DNA of 64,000 nt from Candidatus Hydrogenedentota bacterium. GTDB taxonomy: Bacteria > Hydrogenedentota > Hydrogenedentia > Hydrogenedentales > SLHB01. The notes under the pieces are model-generated. The model had not been told where the DNA came from and did not search any database. It saw only the letters and a list, made by a program, of their open reading frames with translations. Location of the stretch: contig BTVY01000004.1 in NCBI GenBank assembly GCA_045863335.1, forward strand, positions 64,001 through 128,000. The letters are read 5' to 3'. Shown piece by piece: positions 34,877 to 45,139 of the stretch (within the stretch, counting starts at the first letter, position 1; each line of letters starts with the position of its first letter). Both the position numbers and the translations under genes were made by a program.

Positions 34877-36700
34877 CTAACGGGCCCGCAAGTCGTATCG
34901 CGCGAGTTTCTCATACAGTGTGGTCCGTCCGATTCCCAGAAGCCGCGCCGCTTCCGCCATATTGCCCTGCGTTCGCTGGAGCGCCTCGAGGAGATGTTGC
35001 CGTTCCAAATCCGCGAGAGTGGGGAAACTCTGGTGACCGTACTGCAACGGCGTGCCTGCCAAGTCTTCCGCTTCAATGTATTCTCCGCTGGACACGGCTG
35101 CAGCTCTCTCGATGATACTGCGCAACTCTCGAACATTTCCCTCCAATTCCCGGTCCTGAAGCGCTTCCAGAGCACCGGGTCCAAAGCCCTTCAGGGGCCG
35201 TTTGGCACGTAGACGAACGAGCGCCAGGAAGTGTTGGGCCAATTCGGGTATGTCAGACTTGCGGTCGCGAAGGGCGGGCATACCGATCTCTATTCCGTTA
35301 AGCCGGTAGTAGAGATCCAATCGAAACGCGTTCTCGGTAATCGCGCGCGCGAGAGGCCGGTTGGTCGCGGAAACGATTCTGAAGTCCACTTCCTGCTCTC
35401 GGTTTCCGCCCAGCCTGCGAAATCGGTGAGACTCGATTACTCGGAGGAGACGCGCTTGGTTCTCTGGGCTCAAGTCGCCCACCTCGTCCAGAAAAAGTGT
35501 GCCCCCGTGGCACTCGTCCATGAGGCCCTTCTTGGCCTGTACCGCACCGGTGAATGCGCCGCGTTCGTAGCCGAACAGTTCGCTCTCGAAGAGATCCTTG
35601 GGAATAGCCGCGCAGTTGACAGGCACGAAAGGCGCCTTGTGCCGGGAGCTGTAGTCGTGGACCATCCGCGCCGCGATTTCCTTGCCCGAACCCGTTTCGC
35701 CCACGATGAGCACGTTTAGGTCAGTCTGCGCAGCGAGCCGGATGGCGGAGCGGACGCTTTCCATGAGTTGACTGGATCCGATGAGTACGGCGGACTCGGG
35801 GCGGGATTGCCGTAGCCGATTTGTTTCTTCCCGGAGCGTTTCTATCGTGGCCATCGCGTGGACCCACGGTGCGGCAATACAGCCCACGGCAATCAGCAAT
35901 TCCAAGTCCGCTTCATCGTAGCTGCTACGCCGGCGATCCGATTGCACGGCAACGGCGCCTGCAGTTTCGGGGCCCACGACCAGAGGGACGACCATCAGTG
36001 TTTCGGGTGTATCCGCGCCGGGCGCGACGTTGTCGAGGCGTATGAGGAGGCCGTCTCCGGTGCGTATTGCTCGTTCACAATGACTCTGGGGTGGTTGCGA
36101 GTGTTCGGCGTTGGGGGCGCGGTAGATCTCGCGCGTGTTGACCGTGCCGGCGATATCGTTAGCGATCCAGATTGTGCTGGGTTCGAAGCGGTCCGCGATC
36201 CATTCGCGCGTTCGGACGATCAATTCATCGCGTTTGCCCGCAGTCCACAGCGCCCGGGCAAGTGAGTAGAGATCGGCGAGGTCGTGGATGGTGTGCGACT
36301 TTCCCGACGCAAGGAAATCGGCGATTTGTCCGCGGACGTAAAAGCCGGAGGATTGCCGAATGGAAACCGTGGACCCCGGAGTCGCGGGCGCCCGGCGCGT
36401 CTCGTCGCGACTACTGACTTCTGCGACCAGGAGGCGGACGTTTCCAACGGCGATTTCATCGCCTGCTTGAAGGGTGCAACGGTTCGCGGGTTTGCCGTTC
36501 ACCAAGGTGGTATTCCGGCTGCCGAGGTCAGTGAGCAAGACGGCGTTTCCCACCGCCTCGACCTGGCAATGGTGACGTGAGACGTGCCCGTCGAGGATGC
36601 TGATGTCGCAATCGGGATCGCGGCCAATGGTGATCGGAGAGTCCGCAATGGGCCATGAAACGCCCTTCGTGATGCCCGATTTAGCTACAAGCTGGTACAG
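34877..36700 (-). CDS. Sigma-54 enhancer-binding protein, FHA-GAF-AAA-Fis HTH
   Basis: IGR...VSR.H...GSRN (FHA); GAF; GETGSGKE, ESELFG, GAFTGA, FLDE, GNVREL; C-terminal HTH. Confidence 0.93.
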   Translation of the reverse strand: MYQLVAKSGITKGVSWPIADSPITIGRDPDCDISILDGHVSRHHCQVEAVGNAVLLTDLGSRNTTLVNGKPANRCTLQAGDEIAVGNVRLLVAEVSSRDETRRAPATPGSTVSIRQSSGFYVRGQIADFLASGKSHTIHDLADLYSLARALWTAGKRDELIVRTREWIADRFEPSTIWIANDIAGTVNTREIYRAPNAEHSQPPQSHCERAIRTGDGLLIRLDNVAPGADTPETLMVVPLVVGPETAGAVAVQSDRRRSSYDEADLELLIAVGCIAAPWVHAMATIETLREETNRLRQSRPESAVLIGSSQLMESVRSAIRLAAQTDLNVLIVGETGSGKEIAARMVHDYSSRHKAPFVPVNCAAIPKDLFESELFGYERGAFTGAVQAKKGLMDECHGGTLFLDEVGDLSPENQARLLRVIESHRFRRLGGNREQEVDFRIVSATNRPLARAITENAFRLDLYYRLNGIEIGMPALRDRKSDIPELAQHFLALVRLRAKRPLKGFGPGALEALQDRELEGNVRELRSIIERAAAVSSGEYIEAEDLAGTPLQYGHQSFPTLADLERQHLLEALQRTQGNMAEAARLLGIGRTTLYEKLARYDLRAR

Positions 36701-36723
36701 GTGAGCTCCTCCTTGGCATCGAT

Positions 36724-38973
36724 TCAGAATTGAAGAATCGCACCATGTTGAAGATTCTCGAATTCGGGGTAACCCCAAACTACGACCGGCGCCGGACTCG
36801 CCGGATTGGCCAGATGCCGGACACTGGCGTTTATCCGCCACTGCTGCGGGGAACGCGGCGGCTGGCCGTCTCCGAGATTGCTAAAGGGAATCGCGATCTC
36901 CAGAGTCAACATGCTTTCTGCCGATTGTGCCGCGACGTTCCAGTCGCATGACCACGGTTGTACGCGATTCCCGACGAGCTGGTCTGCCGTCAGGCCCGTG
37001 TCGGGATCGTATACCATGCGCCACCACGTTGTCTCCGATTTGGGAGTGGAGAACGCCTTGCACAGCGCCAGCGCGAGTTGATCTCTATCTGCGTCTTTGC
37101 GTGGAACGACAATACCGATTCGGAGTTGCTTGTCGCTCGCATGAACGTTCATGCGCGCGCCCAGACGGCCCGGCAGTCCGCTGAGAACGCCGATAGTCCC
37201 CGAATCATCCAAGAACCGATGGCCCCAGACCGGTTCGTCGAGTGCGCCATCCACCGTGATCTCCGGCCCGTCGCTGGGGAGACGCGGAATCCGGGTTCTC
37301 GCGCCCGCTATCGCGGGAAGAAGAGTTTCCAGCGAGTTTGCCCAGCCGAGTCCGCGTGGAATAAGTTCATTGTAGAGCAGCGGCTGCTGCAGGGGCAGCG
37401 CTTCCAGGCGCAGAAGAAACTCCGTACCGGTTGTGGCAGGGACCGATCGGTTCAGGGAAACCGTCTCTGTCCACCTGGAGTTGGTTTGGTCATCGGTAAA
37501 CTCGAGAGACATGAGCAGCGACTGGCGGGGCTCCAGCCATTGGGCACTTCCGCCGATCGCGCCCATGCGGAGCGTACTTCCGGAAGTGCCCTGGTATTCC
37601 GCCCATCCGCCTTCAACATGGAGCCCGTCTTGTTCGTTCCGGATGATCAGACCCCAAATTGAGCCTTCAAACGCCGCATAGGCTCGTAAGCGATCGGCGC
37701 CGCCCCCTTCTTGTATGGTGAGGAGCGATGCCGGGTATTTCGAGTCGGTGTTCTGCCGCCACACGTCGTAGACGCTGGCGTATCCAGGGTCCCACTTGAG
37801 CAGACCGGGCAAGTTATCGGGCGAAGGCAGCGCGTCCCAGAGGTACGTCGCTTGAGTCGCCGGCATTTCCTGAGCGGAGATTGGATTTTGTTCTGATTGT
37901 ACCGGCGAACCAGGATCGTCACCAAGGGGGATTGAAAAATAGAGCACCGCAAGGGCCAGCAAAAGACCTGCAAGGAAGCCGTGATACGCGGACAAACGGA
38001 CATGACGGACGCGTTTCATGAGCGATTGAACGCGCGACCTCGGTGCCCGCCGCGCGACGATGGTCATCGACCGGGGGTCCTGGGGGTGCAGGAACTCGGG
38101 CGCGGCCCGGAGTCGGTCAATGGCGTCTTGGGCTGAATTTGGCCTCCGGTCGGCATCGGCATTCATCATCACCGAGATCAGTTCCGCAAGTTCTTGAGAG
38201 ACGTGTGGAGCGGCTTCCTGCAAAGGCGCCACGCGCCGCGTGGCCATTTCCTTGACCAGGGCCATCGGAGTCGTCGCTTCGTAGGGTGTGCGTCCAGTAA
38301 GGGCCTCGTACATCACAGTGCCAAGGGCGTACACATCCCAAGAGGGCGAAGGCTCATGCGAGTCCCATGCTTCCGGAGGTGCGTAGCGCGGGGTTCCCAT
38401 GAAGAACACCGAGGAGCCGCTGCCGCGCATGGAGTACTCGAGGTGCCCTTCCAAGATGGTTGCAAGACCAAAGTCGGTCAGTTTCGCTGCGCCGAAGCGG
38501 TCGATGAGGATGTTCGTAGGCTTGATGTCGCGATGAATTAACCCCTCGTCATGGCAACAGCGGAGGGCGTCGAGGACGTGATAGGCGAATTGGGCGACTT
38601 CACCCGCTGTGAGGCCCTTCGTCGCCAACCGATCCGCCAGGCTGCCACCCTCAACCAGCTCCATCTCAATTGCAAGAAGTCCGTCCAATGATTCGAAAGC
38701 GTGGACGCGCACGATGTTTGGATGGTCGAGGCTCGCAATGGAGCGGGCCTCCTTCTCGAATCGTTCGCGGAAGCCAGCGTCATGGCTGAGGGTCCCACTG
38801 AGAATCTTCAGAGCGACGTTGCGGCGAAGCCGGGTATCTTCCGCCAGGTAGACCACTCCCATGCTTCCGCGGCCTAATTCGCGTACGACGGAATACTTGC
38901 CAATTCGTTGACCGGGTCGAATTTCACTTGGTGTATTCGACGAAGACACCACGACGCACACCCTCCCACCCAA
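36724..38973 (-). CDS. Membrane Ser/Thr protein kinase with C-terminal CBM9/DOMON-like domain
   Basis: LGRGSMG.V, VALK, HRDIKPTN, DFG, GTPRYAPPE; one TM; ITVDGALDEPVW. Confidence 0.92.
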   Translation of the reverse strand: MGGRVCVVVSSSNTPSEIRPGQRIGKYSVVRELGRGSMGVVYLAEDTRLRRNVALKILSGTLSHDAGFRERFEKEARSIASLDHPNIVRVHAFESLDGLLAIEMELVEGGSLADRLATKGLTAGEVAQFAYHVLDALRCCHDEGLIHRDIKPTNILIDRFGAAKLTDFGLATILEGHLEYSMRGSGSSVFFMGTPRYAPPEAWDSHEPSPSWDVYALGTVMYEALTGRTPYEATTPMALVKEMATRRVAPLQEAAPHVSQELAELISVMMNADADRRPNSAQDAIDRLRAAPEFLHPQDPRSMTIVARRAPRSRVQSLMKRVRHVRLSAYHGFLAGLLLALAVLYFSIPLGDDPGSPVQSEQNPISAQEMPATQATYLWDALPSPDNLPGLLKWDPGYASVYDVWRQNTDSKYPASLLTIQEGGGADRLRAYAAFEGSIWGLIIRNEQDGLHVEGGWAEYQGTSGSTLRMGAIGGSAQWLEPRQSLLMSLEFTDDQTNSRWTETVSLNRSVPATTGTEFLLRLEALPLQQPLLYNELIPRGLGWANSLETLLPAIAGARTRIPRLPSDGPEITVDGALDEPVWGHRFLDDSGTIGVLSGLPGRLGARMNVHASDKQLRIGIVVPRKDADRDQLALALCKAFSTPKSETTWWRMVYDPDTGLTADQLVGNRVQPWSCDWNVAAQSAESMLTLEIAIPFSNLGDGQPPRSPQQWRINASVRHLANPASPAPVVVWGYPEFENLQHGAILQF

Positions 38974-39051
38974 TTCAGTATACCGGGGTGAGCCGAAATG
39001 TGAAAGTGGCTGGAACGAGCGGAGGTCCCGTGGTCGTGGTGAAGTCTTGGT

Positions 39052-41937
39052 CTATTCGAGCGACACGACGAGCGCCGGGTCGCCTATCAGTGCCACGCCA
39101 TGAAAGGCGCGGTCCGGTAATCGGCGCTTTGCGTCGAGGAACTGATCGCCCAACCGCGAGCCCGGCGTCGCGATCAGGCCTTCAAGCACGGCGCGATTAA
39201 ACTGATGCCCCGCCGCCACGTCGACTTTACCCACGTGCCCGATCAGCGCGACGGCGCCCTTGTTTTCCGCCTGCACGAAATAGATGCCCACGCCGGAATC
39301 GGCCCGAGACATGCCGTGGATCGGCGCGTCGAACAGCGAGGAGAAACACGTCGCCGCAAATACTATGGGGTACTTTCCGGAATTGGACAAGAGATCGATC
39401 TCGCGGTCCGTCATCATGTCGGTGCGCTGGTCGTTCATGTTCTCGCCGGTTCGCCAAACGTAATAGGCGCCATGACCGGTGAACGTGACGACGCCGCAAC
39501 CGCCGGAAATTTTCTCAATAATCGTGTTGCGCAACTGGATGTCGCCTTCCTGGTCGCCCGTACCCGTCAGATTGTCTACGGACCAATCCGGAAGGATGTT
39601 GTTCGCGGTGTCGTTCGAGAAACGATTGAAGTCCTTCGAGCTGATCAACACGGCACGTTGTCGCCAGGCTGCGTCTTCGCCGGCTTGCTGTTCGTATTCA
39701 AGGGTCTTGGCTACGTAGGCCTTGACGGTTTCGATGGAAGAAGCGGGCAGTCTTCCCACCGCAGCCAGGGGAACATCGCTTCCCCGTGGTCCAAAGGCGA
39801 AGTAGTCGTCGTGAGCGATAGTTGGCGAGTAGTTTGGGAGGATGTCGGCGTCGTTTGTGTGATGCGTTGGAACGTAGTTGCGCGACCCTGGGCGAATCCC
39901 CATGTAATCGTAGGTTGCGTCGCCCACCAACCAAATATACGTGAGCGACCGGTCCGTGCCGTCCTGCTTTTGTATCAGGCCGTCGACGAACAGGCGAATG
40001 GCTTCCGGGTCAAAAAGGCTGTCCGCGTACTCATCGTACAGGTCTTCCACGTCGACGACGAGTGTGCGGAGACCTTGTTCGGTTCGCCATTTTACGAGCG
40101 GGCGAAGCGCCTCGACAAAACTCGCATGGGTCACGATGAGGTAATCCGGAACGTCGTCTAGCTGGCGTAGTTCGCTCGCGTACCCAACCGCGAGACGTGC
40201 CGGCCGGGCGAAACCTTTCGGTCCGACGGCGCGGTACCGCCCGCCCGCAGAATCGAGCGGGATTTCCACGGCATGCCGGTTTCGTCTGGAAAAGGACGCC
40301 GGCGTTTGAACCAACTCGGATCCCTCGGAATAGACGCGCACCTTGGAATCACCGAATCCTGCTTCCGTCTGCGCGTATCGCGGGGCAGTCGCAGGCGCCG
40401 CCGTGAATTCAATAAAGTCGTCACGGGGTAGAAGCGCCGCGTCGTAAGTGAGTTCGATCCAATCGAGCGAGATGAGATCGAGTTGGATGTCATCGTTTGT
40501 GGGTTGAACGGTGAGTTCGTTTGCGCGATCGCTGAAAACGGACCTGCCGGGCACCGTTGCTTCGGCCACGAAGAGCCGGGGCCCGTCCCACTGAGCGGTA
40601 CCCAGCGGCGCGCCGTTCAGCGATAGCTCCCAAAAATGGTCAGGACTTACCGGAAGGTCGCTCCACCCCCAGAAGTGCGCGGTCACACCGACCTGGGCGA
40701 GTTCGCCGGCATAATCGTCGATGGGCGGAAACTCGACCGTCGTCGGTTCCCACGGCGGCGCTTTGAACGACGCCCACATGACCCGGTCGGTCGGGGGTCC
40801 GTCGTACTTCTGGTAGTACTGGAGTGAGTTGTTTTCTTCAATGCGCCGAGTCCGCGGAAGCGAGCGAATCACTGCTGCGCCAGCCTGCCGCGGCGTCAGA
40901 GGCGCAGGCCGGTACCGCAACGGCGAGTCCGGAGAGTCGAAGGAGAGCACGTACGTGTTTTCCGGAGTCACGACGTTTCTGTCCCCGTTGCGCGAGACGG
41001 GAAGTTCGCCCCAGAAGGTGACAATGGTTTCGTTCAAAAAACTGCCATCCTCGGCGGCATTCTCTATGCTGATGGGGATGATCTCTCCACGGTTGTACAG
41101 GTTTACGCGGTTCGCGTTGATGCCGGCGAGCGTCAGTTCCGCTTCCTCCGGAGATTTCTCCCGGAATGATATGCGACGAGTTTCTGTCCGTAGCGGCACG
41201 ATTGCGATGTCGTCCAAATACCACGTCATCGGACCACCTTCGTCGTGGTGAATCCACAGGCGGTATTCCCGATCGCCTTCATCGAGGGTGGTCAGAATGC
41301 CGTTGAACTCTGTCCACTCGCCGGGTGAATTCTGAAAGTACTCTCCGGTGTTGTCGGCATTCTTGGCCCAGATCTGGGTGCTGTGCAGTGAGGTCAAGAA
41401 GCGCCGATCGCTCTGCAGCGCTAATGCGAATCGGTCGCCCTGTTGTTCGCCGTACACTTTACACGTGAACCGAAAGCGGCTGTTGCCGGGGAGGACAAAT
41501 CGCGTAGAGGGCTGGTGGATTCCCGAGTCCTTCGTGCGATTCGAATTTGGCCCGGATATCTTGAGGCAGTACTCTCCGGCTGCCGCTGAACCGGTCTCTT
41601 CTACCGATCGGACGACCGTGACTTCCGTATCCCACGTTCCCTCGATACCGCCGGTGTCGTTGGACTCCCCGTCTTGGCCGTCAGCGGCGCCGCCCAATTG
41701 CAGGATCTCCTCGCCCTCCACTTCCTCTGTAACTTCGGTGAGGTTGGCAGTTTCCAGGGACCGTTGGATGGCTTCGCCGTGAACCTGAACCATGCGACCT
41801 TCAGTCACGAAGATTTTAATGGAATCTGGCGTATACGCGGGGAAGGAGGAGGAGGGTTGTTCCGTCCACCCGATACCGGCGTGAGCGGCTATCAACCATG
41901 CAATGACGAACCCGATTCTGGGGGAGATTAGACGCAC
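39052..41937 (-). CDS. C25 (gingipain-family) cysteine peptidase
   Basis: DYLIVTH, V.DLYDEY, LVGDA.YD, VGRLPA, FTGHG, ATCFS, GAVA, IGDPA; signal peptide. Confidence 0.88.
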   Translation of the reverse strand: MRLISPRIGFVIAWLIAAHAGIGWTEQPSSSFPAYTPDSIKIFVTEGRMVQVHGEAIQRSLETANLTEVTEEVEGEEILQLGGAADGQDGESNDTGGIEGTWDTEVTVVRSVEETGSAAAGEYCLKISGPNSNRTKDSGIHQPSTRFVLPGNSRFRFTCKVYGEQQGDRFALALQSDRRFLTSLHSTQIWAKNADNTGEYFQNSPGEWTEFNGILTTLDEGDREYRLWIHHDEGGPMTWYLDDIAIVPLRTETRRISFREKSPEEAELTLAGINANRVNLYNRGEIIPISIENAAEDGSFLNETIVTFWGELPVSRNGDRNVVTPENTYVLSFDSPDSPLRYRPAPLTPRQAGAAVIRSLPRTRRIEENNSLQYYQKYDGPPTDRVMWASFKAPPWEPTTVEFPPIDDYAGELAQVGVTAHFWGWSDLPVSPDHFWELSLNGAPLGTAQWDGPRLFVAEATVPGRSVFSDRANELTVQPTNDDIQLDLISLDWIELTYDAALLPRDDFIEFTAAPATAPRYAQTEAGFGDSKVRVYSEGSELVQTPASFSRRNRHAVEIPLDSAGGRYRAVGPKGFARPARLAVGYASELRQLDDVPDYLIVTHASFVEALRPLVKWRTEQGLRTLVVDVEDLYDEYADSLFDPEAIRLFVDGLIQKQDGTDRSLTYIWLVGDATYDYMGIRPGSRNYVPTHHTNDADILPNYSPTIAHDDYFAFGPRGSDVPLAAVGRLPASSIETVKAYVAKTLEYEQQAGEDAAWRQRAVLISSKDFNRFSNDTANNILPDWSVDNLTGTGDQEGDIQLRNTIIEKISGGCGVVTFTGHGAYYVWRTGENMNDQRTDMMTDREIDLLSNSGKYPIVFAATCFSSLFDAPIHGMSRADSGVGIYFVQAENKGAVALIGHVGKVDVAAGHQFNRAVLEGLIATPGSRLGDQFLDAKRRLPDRAFHGVALIGDPALVVSLE

Positions 41938-41955
41938 GTTTCGATCGTGACCCCG

Positions 41956-43203
41956 TTACTTGCTGTCGTCCGTTCTGGCCGATGCCGCCTGGTATTCGCA
42001 AAGGGCGTAATAGATCCACGCCAACCCCCACCGGGGGCAATAGAGCCGCGACGTGAACCATGGATACTTCCGGTAATACGGCACGCCCGTGACGGGATGG
42101 CTCAAATGCTTCCGGGTCCATTGCATCGTGCGTTCCGCGATCGGTAACGCATCATCCGACATCTCCGCCAGGACCGACGGGCACAAGACGCCTTCCGCGC
42201 ATGCGTGGATGTCGATGGGGTAACGCCCGTGCATCGTGATGGGCGCGCCATCCCCATCGAACAACCGCGTCCGATAGAACGCGAACCCTAAGGAAATCTG
42301 CTTCCAGATTCGCGCGTCCTTCACTACGGAATTTATCTCATGCAGCGAACGGAGAACAAACCCGGTATGGTGATGATCCACAAGGGAAAGCAGCTTTGCT
42401 TCGTAGGGATCTTCCGGCGCGTGGACGCCATAGGGCCATGCGCCATCGTCTCGCTGGCCGCGCAACGTGAACTCGATTGCGGGCATGGCGAGGTCCAGCA
42501 ACTCGCGTTCACCGGTAATGGCATAGGTGCGCACGAGGTGGGCCGCCGCGTGGAGACTGGCGTTGTGCACCCGCCGGCGGTCCCCCGGTGTATAGGCGAA
42601 ACAGTAGGTTCCGTCCGGCCATTCCAGCCGGGGGATATCCATTTCTATGAACTTCGCGATGGATCGCACGGTGGTCGCATACGTTTCGTCCCCGGTAATT
42701 CGCCACGCGAGGGAGAAAGCTTCGCCGGCGATGGCGCTTACGACTACGACGGGCGTATTACGCGGCGTGCTCAGGCCTTTTCCGGAGACATCGAATGGAT
42801 AGCCCCAGCAGATCCCGGCAAACCCTTCGCTGGGATGATCGAGCAGCCATTGCAGGTGGCTGCGGGCGCGATCGAGATGCACGTCACGCTTAGTCGTCTC
42901 GTAGCGGCGGAGGTGACCCAACGCGACCAGGGCGAAGGCTTTGGCATTCTCTTGCGGCGGGATCCCGAGCATGCGGCGTGAAAGCGTGGGAAAGAGATCG
43001 GTCAGCCCTGTCGTGACTTTACGTGCGAGCGGGTAGGGTTGTGCGGCGCGAACCAGGGGGTGGGCGCGCACATCGAAGCGGTCGAAGCCGCGAAGCCCGC
43101 GCTGTCCAATCCATCGTTCAAGGAGATCGATCCAGGATTCCGCGAAGGCGCTTCCGTTCAACGCGCGGTTCTGGTTCGCGATGCCGTGTCGTGGCAGGCT
43201 CAT
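41956..43203 (-). CDS. (alpha/alpha)-barrel hypothetical protein
   Basis: CWGYPFD, F.YTP..VHNA, Q..DG.W.YG, DH.HTGFV, YPIDIH..AEG, RWG.AW. Confidence 0.7.
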   Translation of the reverse strand: MSLPRHGIANQNRALNGSAFAESWIDLLERWIGQRGLRGFDRFDVRAHPLVRAAQPYPLARKVTTGLTDLFPTLSRRMLGIPPQENAKAFALVALGHLRRYETTKRDVHLDRARSHLQWLLDHPSEGFAGICWGYPFDVSGKGLSTPRNTPVVVVSAIAGEAFSLAWRITGDETYATTVRSIAKFIEMDIPRLEWPDGTYCFAYTPGDRRRVHNASLHAAAHLVRTYAITGERELLDLAMPAIEFTLRGQRDDGAWPYGVHAPEDPYEAKLLSLVDHHHTGFVLRSLHEINSVVKDARIWKQISLGFAFYRTRLFDGDGAPITMHGRYPIDIHACAEGVLCPSVLAEMSDDALPIAERTMQWTRKHLSHPVTGVPYYRKYPWFTSRLYCPRWGLAWIYYALCEYQAASARTDDSK

Positions 43204-43895
43204 TGCGCCGGTTGTGGCGCACCGACCACTTCGGTCAATCGCCACGAGTCCCAAATGCAGTGCGACGGAAAGCTGACGTCCGGGGACCGTAGCTTGGGCG
43301 CCAGCAAAACGCAGAACACCTCCTCGGCGCCGGTTTTGAATTCGGCAAAAAACTCTTCGAAGCCTTCGGTTTGGCCGATCGCGATACCGGCCAGAGCGGG
43401 GGGCACTTCCGTGGAATTCTCCGCTTCGGCGGCGCTGCGCGTGTTGTACTGAAACGCGCGGAGGAAGATTTCTTTCGGCGAGGGATTATTGACCGTCAAC
43501 GTTAGTCGATACGTCGTGTTGGGCCGGAGATCGGTTAACCAGCATCGAAAGACCTTGGTGTAGGCTTCAATGCTATCGTTGGCGGACCAAGTCTGTTTCA
43601 CGCCCTTGCTTTCGGGGGTCTTTCCGTCGGCAGGTTCAATCGCAGAGAAACCCCGGCCCGGATCGGGCGGCAGGAAGAAATCCGGTGCGGCGGCGCCCGG
43701 CTGCCACGCGGTGAAGTCCCCGTTCTCGATGAGGTTTTTCGCCGGCGGCGGCGGAAGGGGTGCTACAGAAACCGTGTAGAGAACTCCGGGCTCAATAGCG
43801 TCCGCATCTCCTGACGGCATCACGCCCGAATCTCCGCAACCCGCGACTCCGGTCAGAACCGCTGCGGTTGCGCCAAGATAGCACGTGACCCCCAT
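43200..43895 (-). CDS. Putative lipoprotein with CBM-like jelly-roll domain
   Basis: VAGC lipobox; NLIENGDF; L.PNTTY.L. Start uncertain. Confidence 0.6.
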   Translation of the reverse strand: MGVTCYLGATAAVLTGVAGCGDSGVMPSGDADAIEPGVLYTVSVAPLPPPPAKNLIENGDFTAWQPGAAAPDFFLPPDPGRGFSAIEPADGKTPESKGVKQTWSANDSIEAYTKVFRCWLTDLRPNTTYRLTLTVNNPSPKEIFLRAFQYNTRSAAEAENSTEVPPALAGIAIGQTEGFEEFFAEFKTGAEEVFCVLLAPKLRSPDVSFPSHCIWDSWRLTEVVGAPQPAQ

Positions 43896-44260
43896 TACAA
43901 GCGCATTGAGTCGCGAACGAGGTCTGGAAAGGTGTTTTGTGTGAGGATCGCTGTGGTGTGAATTCACGAAAAGGGCACCCGTATCAGGAGTTACATAGAA
44001 AACACGGTTTAACTGCATCGGAAACTGCCGGACTTGCCCACTATCGAGGACGGGTCGGGAGTAGCCTGATATCCCCGGGAATATACGTTTGGAATGCTCG
44101 GCAAGTCAATTGCCTCACCAAGGCTATCTGGCAGGCCGTATCGACCTTGACCAAGTACCTCGGTTGTCGGGCGGCAGCCATTTGCGAAGTCTCGCCACCG
44201 TTCGCTATACTTGTGGGTCGTTGCGGTTCGCTAAGTTTCCAATTTACAGCAGGATATCTC

Positions 44261-45139
44261 ATGTCACGCAGTATGACCGGGTTTGGAAAAGCCGTTGGAG
44301 AGTTTGACGGGCAGTCTGTAACCGTCGAACTGAGTTCCGTCAACGGCCGGTACCTGGACTGTAACGTACGCATCCCGCCGGCCTGGTCGGCGTTGGAACC
44401 CGCGTTGAAGCAGACGGTTCGAAATCACCTCTCCCGTGGCAAATTGAACGTGACCGTCATTCGACGCCGCACCCAGACCTCGAACCGGTCCGTCATGTTC
44501 GATCAGAAGCTGGCGCAACAGTACCTGGATGCATCCAAGGAATTGGGCACCATGCTGGGCAGTTACGAGACGCTGTCGCTGAACGTGTTGGCGCAACTTG
44601 AGGGCGTGATGTATCAGGAAGACTCCGATGAGGATATCGAGGCGCTGGAGCCGGTCCTGTGCGGAATACTGGAAGGCGCGCTCGCAAAGCTGAACGGGAT
44701 GCGTGAGACCGAGGGCAAGGCCCTTGAAGAGGATATCCGTGGCCGGCTGGCGGTTATGAGGCAGACGCTCGCGTCCATTGAAGCGCGGCTGCCCGAATTG
44801 AACGCGGCCTACGAAACGCGCCTGCGGACGCGCATCCATGAGTTGAATGCCGAGGCCGGACTGACGGAGGAGCGCATCGCGATCGAGGTGGCGCTCATGG
44901 CCGAGAAGTCGGACGTGACCGAAGAGGTTGTCCGGTTCAAAACCCATCTCGACCACATGGAAGAGATCCTCTCGTCCAAGGAATCTATCGGGCGTCGCCT
45001 GGACTTCCTGACCCAGGAAATCCAGCGCGAGGCGAACACGCTGGGCGTCAAGACGCGAGATGCGAATGTCGCCAAAGAAGTCCTGGATCTGAAAGCTGAG
45101 ATCGAGAAGATCCGCGAACAGATTCAAAATATCGAGTGA
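44261..45139 (+). CDS. yicC: YicC/YloC endoribonuclease
   Basis: SMTGFG, SVN.RYLD, RGK, D..EE..R..H, GRRLDFL.QE..REANT, REQIQNIE. Confidence 0.95.
   Translation: MSRSMTGFGKAVGEFDGQSVTVELSSVNGRYLDCNVRIPPAWSALEPALKQTVRNHLSRGKLNVTVIRRRTQTSNRSVMFDQKLAQQYLDASKELGTMLGSYETLSLNVLAQLEGVMYQEDSDEDIEALEPVLCGILEGALAKLNGMRETEGKALEEDIRGRLAVMRQTLASIEARLPELNAAYETRLRTRIHELNAEAGLTEERIAIEVALMAEKSDVTEEVVRFKTHLDHMEEILSSKESIGRRLDFLTQEIQREANTLGVKTRDANVAKEVLDLKAEIEKIREQIQNIE

Noticed and set aside
34843-35184. Long N-terminal extension of the ELWxxDGT ORF
   Set aside because: Overlaps the activator's HTH coding region in another frame.
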